DNA from: Octopus vulgaris
Taxonomy: Eukaryota
Reading direction: 5' to 3'
Length of the DNA stretch: 64,000 bases
Assembly (NCBI GenBank): GCA_951406725.2
Contig: OX597814.1
Location: forward strand, 159,464,001-159,528,000
Positions 36,719 through 50,594 of this stretch are shown in pieces. Each line of letters starts with the position of its first letter. Within the stretch, counting starts at the first letter, position 1. The position numbers were made by a program, and so were the translations under genes. The notes beneath the pieces were generated by a model. The model was not told the DNA's origin. It made no database searches and was given only the letters and a program-made list of their open reading frames with translations.

Positions 36719-37384
36719 TATTTTCTTTTAAAATTATTTTACATCACAGTTCAATGATAAACTTCAGGATGGTCAGAAAATTCAAACATTTGGATGACAT
36801 TATGAGTAGCTAATACTTCTTCAGCTATCATTCACTGAAGTGTGTTCCAACCAGGAACTTAAAATCAAGTCATTATTTAGGAATAGAAGAAATATCATCA
36901 CAACTTGGTAGTTATGTAAATATACAAGTCTTACACTGTAAGCCTTGTCAAACATAGTTTATTATTATTATTGAAATAGAAAAAAAAATGATACAACTAA
37001 TATTTTCTTAGGTATTATTAATTAATCAGATTTCCTCCTTAATACATTAAGCACGATGACACTAACTTGACTTATTTATGCATGAACTGACCAAGATCAA
37101 TTAAGCAACATCAACTGTTGTTCATTTTGTTAGATAAAGGAAAGTATAATATACTTTAATAAAAATTACAGCGTGATATGGGAGCATCACTTGATCTATC
37201 TTGAATGCAGTGATCTACATGATCCCATTCTGAAGAATAATAAAGTAGCTTACTAGCTAATAATATAGTCTTTAAACATTCAGTTAATGTTTACATTAAA
37301 AAAAAAACCCAAAAAACCTCAGTATTAAATTTGCAATGATTCTAAGTATTTCAAATGTAATGCTTGTAAATAGATAGTTTAAAT

Positions 37385-37633
37385 CAGTGCTTCTCAAACT
37401 ATCTGATGTGGCGTACCCACAGTTTTTTTTTTTCCCATGTGCCAGGGACTGGTAATATTTCTTGTAATATTAATTTACACTGGAAACAATATATATAATG
37501 AGTATAATAAAAGTTGACAATTTTTTTTTATCTTATATTTATTTTGTAAACAAATAACACAATATTACATATGCATTTTATAATGTTTCCTTCTTTTTAG
37601 GAAACTCGCGGATCACTACTTTGAGTAACAGTG
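37385..37633. mobile_element. hAT-type MITE
   Basis: 8-bp TSD GTTTAAAT on both sides; TIR CAGTGCTTCTCAAA / TTTGAGTAACAGTG (imperfect). Confidence 0.8.
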
Positions 37634-37755
37634 GTTTAAATGAATCACAGGGAAACAAAGTGAAGAAAAACTATATTGTTTAATTTTAATACAAACCTTA
37701 AATTAAGAAATGTTAAAATTAAACATAATTTATCCTCACCGAGCCATTTACTAAC

Positions 37756-37867
37756 CATTTTAATGGAATACGTTTCAGATATTCTGGTCCAGAATTGCAG
37801 AAGGAGCACACAAACATATAGAATCTATCACCATACAACAAAGGCTGATCGAGACACTGGATACAAG
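37756..37867 (-). CDS. Pcl: Polycomb-like exon 9 (PHD2: [36 protein letters not shown])
   Basis: gtttctag| ... TG|gttagt; 112 nt. Confidence 0.95.
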
Positions 37868-38320
37868 CTAGAAACAAATCATAAGAAATTAATAATGCTT
37901 TAACAGTTCCTTTTAAGTTTTAAATACTGCATAAAACATATTAGACACAATAAACAATAGAAAGTGGGAAATAATTCTCAACTTAATTCTAAGATTCAGT
38001 TACTAGTTTTATTTATTTAATAGGAATTACTGGAGGTACTAATTTTGAAATTTGGTTTAGAATTTTATAACAGAATACAGTTATATACCTATGTATAGAA
38101 ATACAACAAAACTGGGACAAAGTATAAAATGCTAAGGCTTAAAAAATATTTTGAATGGTTGTACTTTGATGAATTAATAAGTGGAATTCTAAATTTTAAT
38201 TTACTCAATCCACTACAAACTAAAATAAAATTATTTAAAAACATTCAAAACCTATTTGCCTAAAATTCTTTAGCAATAAATGGACTATAATTGAAATACA
38301 TTCTATATCTTAAGACTTAC

Positions 38321-38373
38321 CTTCATGAAACCACATTCGGCAGCGACAACACTGAAGCATCTTAATATACCAA
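38321..38373 (-). CDS. Pcl: Polycomb-like exon 8 (PHD2: WYIKMLQCCRCRMWFHE)
   Basis: aattgtag| ... G|gtaagt; 53 nt. Confidence 0.95.
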
Positions 38374-39864
38374 CTACAATTACAGAAGTGAAAAAAATTC
38401 AGAAACAACAATATAATACTAAACATGTTTTGGCACTAATGTTTTACAAAACACTTTAGGAATTAAATAGCTAATCTTCTTCTGATTCATTTCAAACCAA
38501 AAACAGTGTTTCTATTAGTGTATGGCAAGTGAATGGGTGATGAAAGTTGACTAGAGAAAGAAGCTGTTGAAATTTCCATCACTTTTAGGTCAGTCCTCAT
38601 TGAGACTAGACATCAATTTAGTCTCTGAAGCAACAGGACAGCTCATCTTGTTATATTAACTGTACTCTAGATAGAGGATGCACAAGAAGGAGTGAGAGCC
38701 AAGTACCCAGGATAGGTAGAGGACTAGGTGCTGGCCAGTGCAGGTGGGTAGTTAATTATATGCAGATTGCTTTTTGAGTTAAGGCCTATGAAACTCTGGG
38801 CACTACAGGAATGAGTAGAAGGTGAATAACCAAGAATAACACAGAGGTTGCTGAGAAAGCAACCTCTACACACCCACACTCTTCTGTCCCAGTCACTTCT
38901 ACTCACTTCGTACTCTGAGGGCTCACCCCAAAATTTCATCACCACTACTTTTATCTTTTATAAGCTCCACATGATCACTCTCTCTTCTAAAATGTGAGCA
39001 GCTATGTAGCTCCTCTATAACAAGAAACCTGTTCTACTCTGGCTCCTTTTCTCATACTTTAACCCCTCCTAGCATTAAGTCAATACTTTAGGGTTCATAG
39101 TCTTGCAAGCTGCATGGTGACTTCACTTAACATAGTGGCATGAAAAAAAGCATTGCTGGCATCAGGAAGAGCATGGTGCAGACCTTGGATCCATTGAATC
39201 TTGTCAAACTGTCCAACTCATACCAGCATAGAATATGGGTGTTAAATGATGATGGTAATTATGCTCTGTAAAGTGTAAGGTTGAGAGGTGCCCTTAATAT
39301 TGTTGAGGACATTGCACTTTCCTAGTGCTGATGCTACTGTAAAGTGGTTGACATTAGGAACCACTTTACAGTGGTTGAAGTAGGAAGGACATCCAACCAT
39401 AGAAACAAAACCAAAATGAATCTCACAAGCAAAATATAGCCCTCCAAATTGTCTAGGTGAGCATCATCCCCTGAATGAGTTGACTCCAACTATGATAACC
39501 TGTTCCATCCATGCCAGCATGGAAAGTGGACATAAAAATGATGATGATGATGACATATATTCGTTTTTATGTATAGTTACAATCAAACATTAGTTGGATC
39601 ACTCAATATATTTAACTAAAGTATCACATTTATTTCATTTCAATGACTGAAGTTTTCACTAAGTTGCCTCTATCAGATTGTAAATTTTTTTAGTTTTCCA
39701 AGCCTTTTATAAATTTTTCAAACACGATGAACCAAAAAATACACTTAAAAAATAGCTAATAATTCAGAATTATCAAAGCAGTAACATATTGTTAACCACT
39801 CCCACTAAAAGAGAAATAAAATATTTATAAACTTCACTACCAAAATGAAATGAAAATTACTCAC

Positions 39865-39941
39865 ATGCCTGGGCCACCACAGTAGCAATAACTCTGTTCA
39901 AGATTGGTTTTATGCTGAGCATCCCATGTTAACTCATTCAG
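39865..39941 (-). CDS. Pcl: Polycomb-like exon 7 ([25 protein letters not shown])
   Basis: ttcttcag| ... AT|gtgagt; 77 nt. Confidence 0.95.
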
Positions 39942-41169
39942 CTGAAGAAAATTGCCATCAAGAGAAGAAGGGCAAGATAACAGAAAAAAAATGTAATTAG
40001 TATGACAGTTAAGTTAAAAACAATCTATTGGCAGGTAATAAGCCCAAAAGAAACAATAATCAGAAAATATTGTGAACTGCATGAAAACACAAACATATTA
40101 AAAATATAGTCATATAGATTTGGTTAAATGGTACAAGTCACAACACATTTTCAACTTCTGGGCTGTAATTTTTGATGCATTTCAATTTTTAGCACAGATT
40201 GAATCCTGCCCAATAACTTTGGAAAGACTCTAAAAACTTCATTTACTATTTTATTGTGAGGAACTGCAACACCAATTAGCAAAGTTTACAATAGAAACAA
40301 TTGAAAGATATGGCAGCAGTTTGTTGATTTCTCAAACAAAATGCTGCAAACTTAGGTTGTAGACTTAATCTATCTGCTAACATAACATCACCACCAAATC
40401 CTCGCATGCCTTTATCAGAGTTCACTATGTTGCATCTCAGACCAAGTTTACAATCTGAAGACAGTTTCTATATGGTTGTGCTACTCTCAAGTAGCAAACC
40501 CATTAGTCATGGGTTTTTTCTCCTTGTCCTTCATCTATCTTGGAGGTCATACATGGGTGCCTACTCTTCCTTTCAGAGTAAACAAGATAAAAAAAAAAAA
40601 AACTGCCACATCACTCCATTAATGCAATATCACAAACCGGTCACTATTTGTTGCTGCAGATTGACACAAAAATTAAGCAATGTCTTTTAGATTGTTCCTT
40701 TCCATAACTTGTCATGGGGCAGAATCCATGAATCCATTCTATATTGATAATAGCTGGACACTCAACAAGGTTCTAAGCAGAAATGAAAAACTTAACTTGC
40801 TTGAAGAACTGACTACTGATAAAAATAATAGTATTAGCTGGTTTACAGATAAATATTTCAGTTTCCTGGATATTGATTCTCAATATGCTAATCTTTCTTT
40901 TAGTAAATTGATTATCTGTCATAAAGTTGTACTTGCTTTGTTTTAGCAGTTGATTGCTGTCTTGCTAATCTGAGCATGAGATAGAGGGTCTAACTATCTT
41001 GTACATTTTTTTATATAATAATCTGTGATGTTTTCCTTGCCCTAAATGTCATTGAAAAGCTTTAATTACAAGAGGATTACTAGATAAAATAAATAAGACC
41101 TTTCAATTCAATTATGCATATTTTCTATATTTTAAATATAATTAAAGAAATGAAAAGATAACAACTTAC

Positions 41170-41210
41170 ATTATACGGTAGAGATTGTTTCATCATTTGC
41201 AGAGCCTGTG
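41170..41210 (-). CDS. Pcl: Polycomb-like exon 6 (AQALQMMKQSLPYN)
   Basis: actttcag| ... |gtaagt; 41 nt. Confidence 0.92.
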
Positions 41211-41744
41211 CTGAAAGTGAAAAAAAGAAAACAAAATGCAATGGAATAATAGAGCCAACTTAAAAATTATATCAGCATTTAATTTTTAATGGAAACAAAG
41301 TTATCTATAAAAATATCATGAATGTTTTATTAATTAAAATCAAAGATTTATGTACAAAAAAAATGTTTAAATGCATATTTTCATACAGTTTAAAATAAAT
41401 TCTCATATGGTCAGTTATATAGCAAAGAATAGTAGAAATGTTTATGTAAAAATATTTACTAGAAAGAAAGAGGTTCCTGTAGGAAAATGGAGAAATGGAA
41501 CTGACAAGAACAATGACCCTAGTTAAAAAACAAAAAAATGGTAGTATTTTAACTAATATCAAACTTTTCAAATAAAATTTATCAATCCTTCACCTTATGT
41601 ATTAGCAGCAAACTAATACAAGCAAGAAACAATTTAAATGTTTCAAATAACAAGAAACATCTTAGAAAATATTAAAAAAAAACAAAACAAGAAACAATAA
41701 CAGATATTTGGAAGGTTTCAGAAGTTTACAAAGCACTCACTCAC

Positions 41745-41775
41745 CGTTAGGTCCACTCTTTAAAGCACCTCCACG
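41745..41775 (-). CDS. Pcl: Polycomb-like exon 5 (RGGALKSGPN)
   Basis: cttttcag| ... G|gtgagt; 31 nt; matches family RGGALKKGP. Confidence 0.92.
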
Positions 41776-42985
41776 CTGAAAAGATTTGGGGGCGAAATTT
41801 AAAGTAAGAAAATGTTCTGTGTGGAAGGTACAGAAGAGAGAATTAACTTCTACGTTAACTATTTACAAATTACACCATTCACAAATATCTGAAATCAATA
41901 CAGCTAACCACCCATTGATAAGTATCTAAAAATTAGGTGAAGCAAATGACAATTCATCACACTAATACTGAGACGAAGGAATAACTGGTTAATTAACAAC
42001 TGTCACCAGTATGTAACAGATCTTTATCAAATAGCAGTTATGCAAGAAAAGACATTACTATTTGAAGATCACTTAATTTAAAATCATGAAAACCCTTTTT
42101 AATGAAGTGGGGAGAAAGAGATAGAAAGAGAAAGGGTGAGAAAGTGAATTACCATTCGAATCTCTAAAAAGATATTTATCTAATCTGTTAAATTAGGGAA
42201 AGGATATTATTAAAAAATAATCTCACCTAGCCTACTTCATTGACTCTTAGAAATGATATCCTTATGAAAATTTATATAAGCTACTAGCTAGCAAATCTGG
42301 ATCAATAAATTTGAAGAATCTCAAATTTAATTTCAAGTGTTTTCTCTACAAGTTAAAAAACACAAACACTAAGAAAAATTGTGATGACAAAATATTTTCT
42401 GAACATAATTTAGCAGCAGTGTTTAGAAAATGCAGATATTGTCACAAAGTATATTCTGCAATTTTTTGGAATCATCTGTTTAGAAAATGGCCAGCCAAAT
42501 ACATGCCCTTATGCTGTATTTAATGAGCTGCATGACTTTTTCAGTAACTCTTCTTAAGCTTTAAGTGAGAGTACGAGGTGTTGTGATGCAAATATTTTTG
42601 CTAAGTACCGCGATAGAAATATTCCTTCTCTAAAACTACTGATAGAAATAAATAAAATCATAGCATGTATCAAAAAGCCTACACATTAGCCACTCTGATG
42701 TCTTTATAAATTTCAGATATAATCAGTTACACAATCGCATACACACATACACACAAATATTTTCAAGACTTAAATATACGTAATTAGTACACAGTGAACC
42801 TAAGTAATTATAAAACAGTATTTATAAAAAGTTATAAATATATATGCATACACATTCAAACACACATACATACACAGACAAAATATATGTTTATATACGA
42901 CAGTGTCAAAAACAAATTATATACCAGTGTGTACAGTAATGATATATTAGTTCAGTGCAATTAACTTATTAAATAAGGCACTCAC

Positions 42986-43086
42986 TTTTACTGTTGTAGC
43001 AAAGACACACAAACGGCAAAGCCATTCCACTTCAGGATTTAAGACCTGAGTATCAATGGCAGGGTTGTGGCAAAGTTGATGGTACC
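42986..43086 (-). CDS. Pcl: Polycomb-like exon 4 (PHD1: YHQLCHNP...[13 protein letters not shown])
   Basis: ctctccag| ... AAA|gtgagt; 101 nt. Confidence 0.95.
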
Positions 43087-43499
43087 CTGGAGAGATCGAA
43101 AAAGAAACACAGCAATGTTATCCCAACACAAATTGAATATCTGAAGATATTTATTTTGGTTAAAGGGAATTTGCCGGCACTGTTGTTGTGAATGAGCAAG
43201 AATAATTAGGAGCAGGTAAGCTTGGAGTTTATTTAAATTGCATTTTATTATTAAAATCTTTTCAATTTTGCAGTAGTTTAAATGTATAACAATCCAAGAT
43301 AATTTCAAAATTAATTAGTTTCATTTTAATTTAAGTAAATAACTTGAATCTTTGTCAAAAGAACTGATAACAATCCAAACAGATCAATTGTGTTAGTTTC
43401 AATTAATATAATCAAGAAATGATTTGAAAAGAAATTGCTAATTTTCTTTTTTTTTTTTAAATAATGTTAACAGGCCCTCAGAGACTGGTAAGATTAATA

Positions 43500-45540
43500 T
43501 AGAGTTGGTATTAAGCTTGAACAGCACCAAGTACACAACTGCAGGTAAAATGTGAACAGGAAGAAAATTCCAAAGAATCACTTTCTAAAGAAGGATTTGG
43601 CATAGTGGTTAATGCAAGGTCTGAGAAAACACAAATTAGGTGATGAGAAGAGAAGTTTGTGTGTCAAGTAGAGGTGATAAGCAGCAGTTATCTAGCTGAG
43701 AAGCGGAGGCCTGTAAAAAAAATGTAGCTCACTATACTTCTGGTAGAAGTACAATTGGCTAGATATTGGAAACCTAAATAGGTAACAACTGTGTTGCCTC
43801 AGATGTGCAAGCAGGCTTACTAGTTGTTCATGACTGAAATAGTTACAAGGGTGCAATTTTTGTTATGTTACGAATGGGTGCGAGAGCCAAAAGCATGGGG
43901 GACCAGTAATTATGGGGCCTGGTATATGTAGTGACTTTGAAGGTTTCAGTTGCATGCTGTCCAAGAATGAAGATGAAGAGGAGTTTTCTTTGGTATATGT
44001 AGTGAGACTGTGTCTTTGTACTGTTGAGGTCCTTTGTTTATAAAGAATAGATTTGATGTATGAAGTCTATTGCCTGTAGATAATGTGTCCAAAAGGTTAT
44101 GGAGGAATGAAGAATGATATAATCTAGATAGGCATAGTGTTGTTAGAAGTAACAGTAACTTGTTAATACATAAGAGGAAGAGTATAGGCAACATAATCAG
44201 CAATCTGACAGGAAGCTTCTGACCCAAGAGTCGTATGAAACTCATAGGTGATCAGTTTAGTAAAAAGAGTTTCATGACAGGCATGCTCAAATGTTTTACT
44301 TATTTCAAGTGCAAAGATATTGCTGTTTTCACCAAATGTCTCAGAGATGAAGTATCATTATGTACTAATATAAAGGAGTAAATTTCCAACAACATGGCTG
44401 TATGGAAATCATACTGGTGGTCGCTGATAAGGGAGAGATACTCAAAGTCATATAGAAGGTGATTGTTAAACATTTCCATTACTTGGAAAGGAGTGTGATA
44501 TAAAGGTAGTTGGAAAGGTAAGAAAAATTGCTTTTCTTCAGGAAGTGACACAATAAACATATTTCCAAATATTGGAATAGTTCCTTGTAGAGAAAGACTG
44601 GAAAGGACATTGAGGTGCAATGTGAATGCTACATACAAATTGGGCAGCGAATATACAAGCTTTTGCCACAGCAGCATTGCAACAAGTCATCAAAGCTGGC
44701 AAATGGGTAGGATTTAACAAAGTTGGTAGTTTGGGATTTTTCTCTTTCTAGGTATTGTAGACAGTATCTTTAAACTATATTGCTTCAACATATGAACCAT
44801 ATGAGGGTCATGATCTTTAATGAAGGTGTGAAGGGACATGATAAAGGGAATAGTTCAAACCACCTGCTTAGCTGTCTCAGATACGTGAGGTACAAAAATA
44901 TTTTTTAGCTTAAAAGTGGCAGAGCTTGTTACCTGACTTGACATACTATATGGGCATAAAGTGGAAACATTACATAGTATGTGGATGTGTGGTGGGTAGC
45001 CATGATCAGGTAGTGATAGGATTGTCTGATAGGTGTGAAGAAGAAGGTTGTAAAGATGAGAAAGAGAGGAAAGATGTATGGAGTGTCTGTTAGTAATATC
45101 TGAGGGTTCAGCATGGCCAAAGATCTTTGCACCACTAGCATCAGTGTAAGAGATGTATTAGAGCAAAAGAGAATTGGGAATATTGAACACAAAAAGGATG
45201 ATGACTTCAGTGAGCAGAGAAGTGAAATAGATATATTAGATGTTACATGAGAAATAATTGAACACTTAAAGGTAGCTGGAGGAGTTGGCAGATGAATTGA
45301 GAGGAGGAAATAAGGGAGACTTTGAAGTGAAGAAACTCAAAGTCATCCTATTGCTATCCAGAAGAGAATATGTTATGTGCAGGCACCATCTTTCAGGTGA
45401 AATCTGAATATAATGTAGCCTTTGACAGCAAAGTTGGATTTTAGATAAAGGTGGAGAGTTTTGTCTTGGAAATGAGAAGGATCTGTGGTTTGTGTTAGAA
45501 GAGGTGATGGGCTGTATTCTGGTTTGACTGGAAAATGGAA
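43500..45540 (-). pseudogene. Decayed CR1/L2/Jockey-like LINE ORF2 (reverse transcriptase) remnant
   Basis: VMEMFNNHLL...LISDHQYDFH (cf. QYGFR) and AISL...ISKTFE (cf. LDISKAFD) in broken frames; boundaries approximate. Confidence 0.65.
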
Positions 45541-47549
45541 AATAGCATTAACCCTGCCTCCTATTAAATAAAATTAATCAATGAATGATTCTTAAACTTT
45601 TACATTTTAATTACCAAATTGTTCTATTGGGATCTTGTACTGACTTATACAGATATCTTGGACAAGTTTACTGCAATTATTTTAAAGTTCTTTTTGCAAC
45701 TTTAAAATTTTTCTTGTCTATTATGGAGTAAAAAAATTGAAGAATAATTCATCATGCACTGCCTTCAGTGGGGACTGTTTATGGTTTCAAAACCAAAGCT
45801 CTCCCTCTACATGGACCTCTTTAAATAGCCTTCATAATCTATTCATCTAAACATAACTACTCAAGAGACAAAAGCAAAGTGAAATTATATTTGCTATATT
45901 CTCAAATTAATGTTGTATCTTACTTCTAGTCAAATACTTCCATGCCCTGACAAACTATGTAACCCTAACTGAATAAACTTTGCTATGACTGCTATGATTA
46001 GTTTCATACACATTCTTGAAGCACATAGCATTCATGTACCAATTTTCGACATCATCATCATCTTAAATACACAGTTTACACACCTATTTCACTAACAGGA
46101 CAATCACTTCCCATGAATAAATTCTCTCGTTTTAGTCAAACTATTTCTGATTTAAGATTTATTCAAAATAAGAATAAAATTCAAATATCTCCATTAATAA
46201 ATAATATAACAGAGGGTTTAAAACTTAGTATGAAATCTGGAAAGCTTAGCAGAAAGCCAAGAAAACTGACAACACTACAAATGTTTAATGAATTATTTTA
46301 TAGTTATAAGTATAATTCTGGAATTATCATATACATATACTCTATTTACTAATTGGCAATATCATTTCTCTACAACACTATGATTAGTAGTATTATAGAT
46401 ACTACTGCACAAAGATGCATGGTTTAATGGTTATGGTGTTGGGTTCACAACCATAAGTTATGAATTTGATTCCTAGAACAGGCAGTGCATTATGCCCTTG
46501 AGCAAGGCACACCATTTCATATTACTTCTATCAACTCAGCTGAAAATGAGTATAAGCCAACTGTTAATACAGCCCTGTCTCCCTCCAGCTGTCACAAGAT
46601 ACAAGCTGCCAAATCATACTCACTTGCTTGCACAATAGCTAAACATTAGCACTATAATTAACATTCAATGATTATCTCTGATAGTGGTTCAGCACTTCCA
46701 TGCTCATAACCCATCATAAGGTGTAAATACACTCTGAAGTAGACCACTTCTCCCGTAACATCAGCCACATATTCCAGTTTCAATAATACAACATCTGAAT
46801 AAAAACAAATCTTCACCTGCCAAAATCATTTCCCTCTCTTCTAGTAGACTGCTGACTTTATATGACCTTCAATAAAGTCTATTTCACAAACCTACCTTTC
46901 AGCCTGTCATGTAATAGTTACACATGTAAGACACACTGAATAATTTATCTGACTCTTCTGTAATTCCTTTCATTTTTTTCCTATCAAACTCATCATTGCA
47001 TAAGGTTACCAAATTATTTCTACCCTGCAGTCTATTTTGGTCTAACCCTTTTTAGCATTCAAATTGGCCATATCCAGCCTAAATATTCTACTTTTATGTT
47101 CAAATCAGCCAGATGCAGCCTATCATACCTACCATACGATTGTCCTTCTAAAAATAAGCAATCACATCATGAAAATCTTAAAGCTACAAGATAATGCATG
47201 CATTATATTTGACAGAATCTGAATGCTAATGAGCTAAAAATGCATATGGACACTTCATCAGGAAAATTTAAGTCTAACCACAAGAACTCCTCCACCAGCA
47301 ACTACTTTTATGAACAGATTCCTAATACCCAGACTGATACCAAAGAAAATGAAATGAATGGAATTATATGTAGAAAATAAGAGGGAGCATGGTTGTGAGT
47401 GGACAACGGTTGGTGGACAAAATGCGCTTTATTGGTTTCACTAGATTTAAAGTTTTAATTATATGAAGTGCAATAAGTCAATTAGTTTTGCCTTCCGTTA
47501 AAAAAAGATTAGAATGAATCTATAAAACTTAATTCTCAAAAATTCTTAC

Positions 47550-47642
47550 CTAATCCACAATTATCACAGAGAACTATTTCATCTGGAGCATCTGAAGATT
47601 CACCAAGACATGAACAACACATTATTTCTCCTTCTTTAGCTC
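47550..47642 (-). CDS. Pcl: Polycomb-like exon 3 (PHD1: CCSCLGESSDAPDEIVLCDNCGL)
   Basis: aattttag| ... G|gtaaga; 93 nt. Confidence 0.95.
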
Positions 47643-48004
47643 CTAAAATTAATGAACAGAAATAATAATGTTAACAAGACATTCAGTTTCTTAGATTGGC
47701 AAATATTTTAGTAAAAGTTGGATGGTATTAAAAATACAGATATGTCTTAATTATTTAGAATAGGCTCCTCCATCACTTGTTCATTTGTATGTGTATACAC
47801 ACACATACACTTGAACATGAAATGTTCTTTTGAATAAGTAGATAAAGGGAAAAAAATAAAGCATTTTAGTAAAGCTTATATGACCATGATTTAGTTAAGA
47901 TTTTTCATTGGCCTTTATGGTGCAATTAGATTTTTTTATACATATGCTCATTTTTTTTTCTTCACAGATTTTATTTATTTTTTAAAACAAAATCCATTAA
48001 TAAT

Positions 48005-48174
48005 AACCCTTTCTATTAAAGGCACAGGGCCTGAAATTTTGGTGGAGAGGATTAATTGATTACATTGACCCCAGTGTTTCACTGGTACTCAATTTATTGA
48101 CCTCCGAAAGGATGAAAAGCAAAGTCGACCTTCGTGGAATTTGAACTCAGAACGTAGCGATGGGTGAAATACCA
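48005..48174 (-). mobile_element. SINE fragment (family C)
   Basis: GACCCCAGTGTTTCACTGGTAC...GAAAGGATGAAA...GGAATTTGAACTCAGAAC (B box on - strand); diverged copies near 560-680, 9670-9830 and 53340-53540. Confidence 0.7.
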
Positions 48175-48569
48175 GTCCTGACTTCATTAATACCACTACT
48201 ATGAACAATATTTCAAGATATATCCTCTCATTTGATTGCATTTTCTTTCTGACTCTTTTCAAAATTAATCATTTTTCACTATTATGTTGAATAACTGAAT
48301 ATTCCTATGCCATTAGTATAATCATTTAAATAACTACTATCTTAAACTTTCATCAAACATCAATAAAACTGCCGACTGAAAACAACTTCACTTTATTACT
48401 TTCTTTGTTATTAAAGTGAAGAATAGACATGCCATAATCAAAGATATACCAAAGTAGCACCTTTGATCAGCTGAATCTGCAATCCAACTTTGGAGAAGCT
48501 ATTTATTTCTCCAATAAGACATTTTTGAAAACCATGTAAGTCACATTTCCTCTCTCATCACTTTGACAC

Positions 48570-48855
48570 CTTGGTCTATGAGGTCAGGAGTTCAATTCCT
48601 GAGAGCATGTTGCGTCCTTCAGCAAGACACTCTATTTCATGTTGCTCCAATTCATGCAGCTGGCAAAAATGAGTTGTACTGTAATTCAAATGTCCAGTCT
48701 TGTCACATTCTGTGTCACACCGAATCTTCCTGAGAACCAGGTTAAGTGTATGCATGTCTTTGGAGTGCTCAGCCATTTGCACATTAATTTCATGAGTAGG
48801 TTGTTCCACTGACTGGATCAATGGAACACACATTGTAACTGATAGCGTGCCACTA
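48570..48855 (+). mobile_element. tRNA-derived SINE (family B-related)
   Basis: GAGTTCAATTCC B box and AGCAAGACACTCTATTTCATGTTGCTCCA core. Confidence 0.65.
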
Positions 48856-49357
48856 CAGAGGGAACCATAACTGAAAATTAGCTATTAACTCATTAAACTT
48901 TGACTATGAGATATTTTAAGATAATTAAAGTCACTACACACTTGTGCTGAGATATTTCACATAAGTATTATACTTAATGACAGCTCAATGAAATAACTCA
49001 ATCCACTCTTCCTTTAAAACTTTAGCTATCATGATAATTTATTATATTAATTGATCAAAATTTTTTTTTTACAATAGTTATTAATAATGTGACATCTGAC
49101 AAACCAAATGCTACAAAGCTTCAGAAGATAAATTTGCATTTAGGCTATAAAAAAAAAAAGAAAGTACTGCAATTTTTTTAAATGCTTTCAGATGTAGGTA
49201 GTTATAAAAAGAAAAAAAAACATACAAAACACAACCATAAAATTAATTATATATTTTCACTTTATGAGTTAGAATAACTAAAATCTTATTTACATATTTA
49301 TAAGCATTACAATGTTAAAAAAAGTTTATATAATAAATATATACAAAAAGCACTAAC

Positions 49358-49439
49358 CTCTTTGAATATCTTTAAACATAACCAAAAATTCAGAATCATC
49401 TTCAAAACGGATAAAACATTTACAAGCTTTGTCATCTAC
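49358..49439 (-). CDS. Pcl: Polycomb-like exon 2 (Tudor: VDDKACKCFIRFEDDSEFLVMFKDIQR)
   Basis: ttttgcag| ... G|gttagt; 82 nt. Confidence 0.95.
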
Positions 49440-50137
49440 CTGCAAAATAATTAAATTTTAAAGCCTTTCACAGTAAAATAATTGTATTGATTTCATTTGG
49501 ATAATTTCTGAAGTTAGAAGAAAGAATGATGCTAATCTCAGAGTTTGAGAACTGGCCTAAATTACTTACATTAGACTAGAAAGTATCAAAGGTATCTAAG
49601 GACCAGGTGATGGATTAAGTCTACCACCAAAGAACAGGAAGTTTCTGTGACCAACTTCCACATAGTTTTTGCTTACCAAATTACACTCACAGGACTTGTG
49701 CCAACCTGAGATCATGGTAAAAGACACTTGCCAAGGTGACATGCAATGGTATCAAGTCTGAAACCACAAGGCCAGTGCACTGAAATGATACCATCATATC
49801 CCAGTTATGTATAGATTATGCAAAGATGAAAGCAAAGTTAACTTGGGAGATGTGAAATAAAAAAAAAAAAATAATAATAAATAATACTAGTCAGACATGG
49901 TATCATTTCCTCATGTAGCAATATTATGTATTTCTTACTCAGGCTTTGTGCCTGTGTAAGTTAGTAAACTAGAGTGACCCTCATTTGGTACTTATATATT
50001 TCATCAACATTGGAAGAATGAAAGACAAACTCAATATATATATATTTTTGTCGAGAGATTGAACAGGAACAGAGTCAGTGTTCTACAGCTGTCTTTTCAC
50101 TTCATAAATCTTATTCCATTTATGTTTACAATAGGTT

Positions 50138-50525
50138 CAGGCATGGCTGTGTGGATAGAAGGTAACTTCCTAACCATACAGTTCCAGATTCAGTTACACT
50201 GCACAGCACCTTGGGCAAGTATCTTCTACTATAGCACTGGGATGACCAAAGGCTTGTGAGTGAGCTTGGTAGATAGAAACTGAAAACCCTTTGTATATAT
50301 GTTAGTATTCCTGTGTCTTGTCTTGACAATGTGATGGAAAATGAATCTGTGTCATTCATTTAAAATGTTCTATGAGAACATGTCTAGTCATGGGGAAATA
50401 TTACCTTGCTTAGAAACATGTGAGAGTTGGCAACAGGATGGGTATCCAGCCATAGATAAAAAATCTACCCTAATAAACCCTGTCCAATTCATGCAAGCAT
50501 GGAAAAGTGGACATTAAAATAATGA
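50138..50525 (+). mobile_element. SINE with family A tRNA head and RTE-type tail
   Basis: GGCATGGCTGTGTGG head; GCATGGAAAAGTGGACATTAAA tail; similar at 51560-51830 and 61380-61710. Confidence 0.7.
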
Positions 50526-50594
50526 GGATTTAGTAAGATTTGCAAGATGAAATGTCTTAAGTACACTAATATGTTTGGAATATCCTTGTCCAAA

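Noticed and set aside
39336-39372. Perfect 14-bp hairpin ACTGTAAAGTGGTT/AACCACTTTACAGT
   Set aside because: Local inversion within an RTE-tail repeat; too short for a pre-miRNA and no other support
43087-43308. ORF 43039-43308 containing HSQQQCRQIP as a possible PHD exon
   Set aside because: The true exon (42986-43086) is in another frame and completes PHD1 with correct phases
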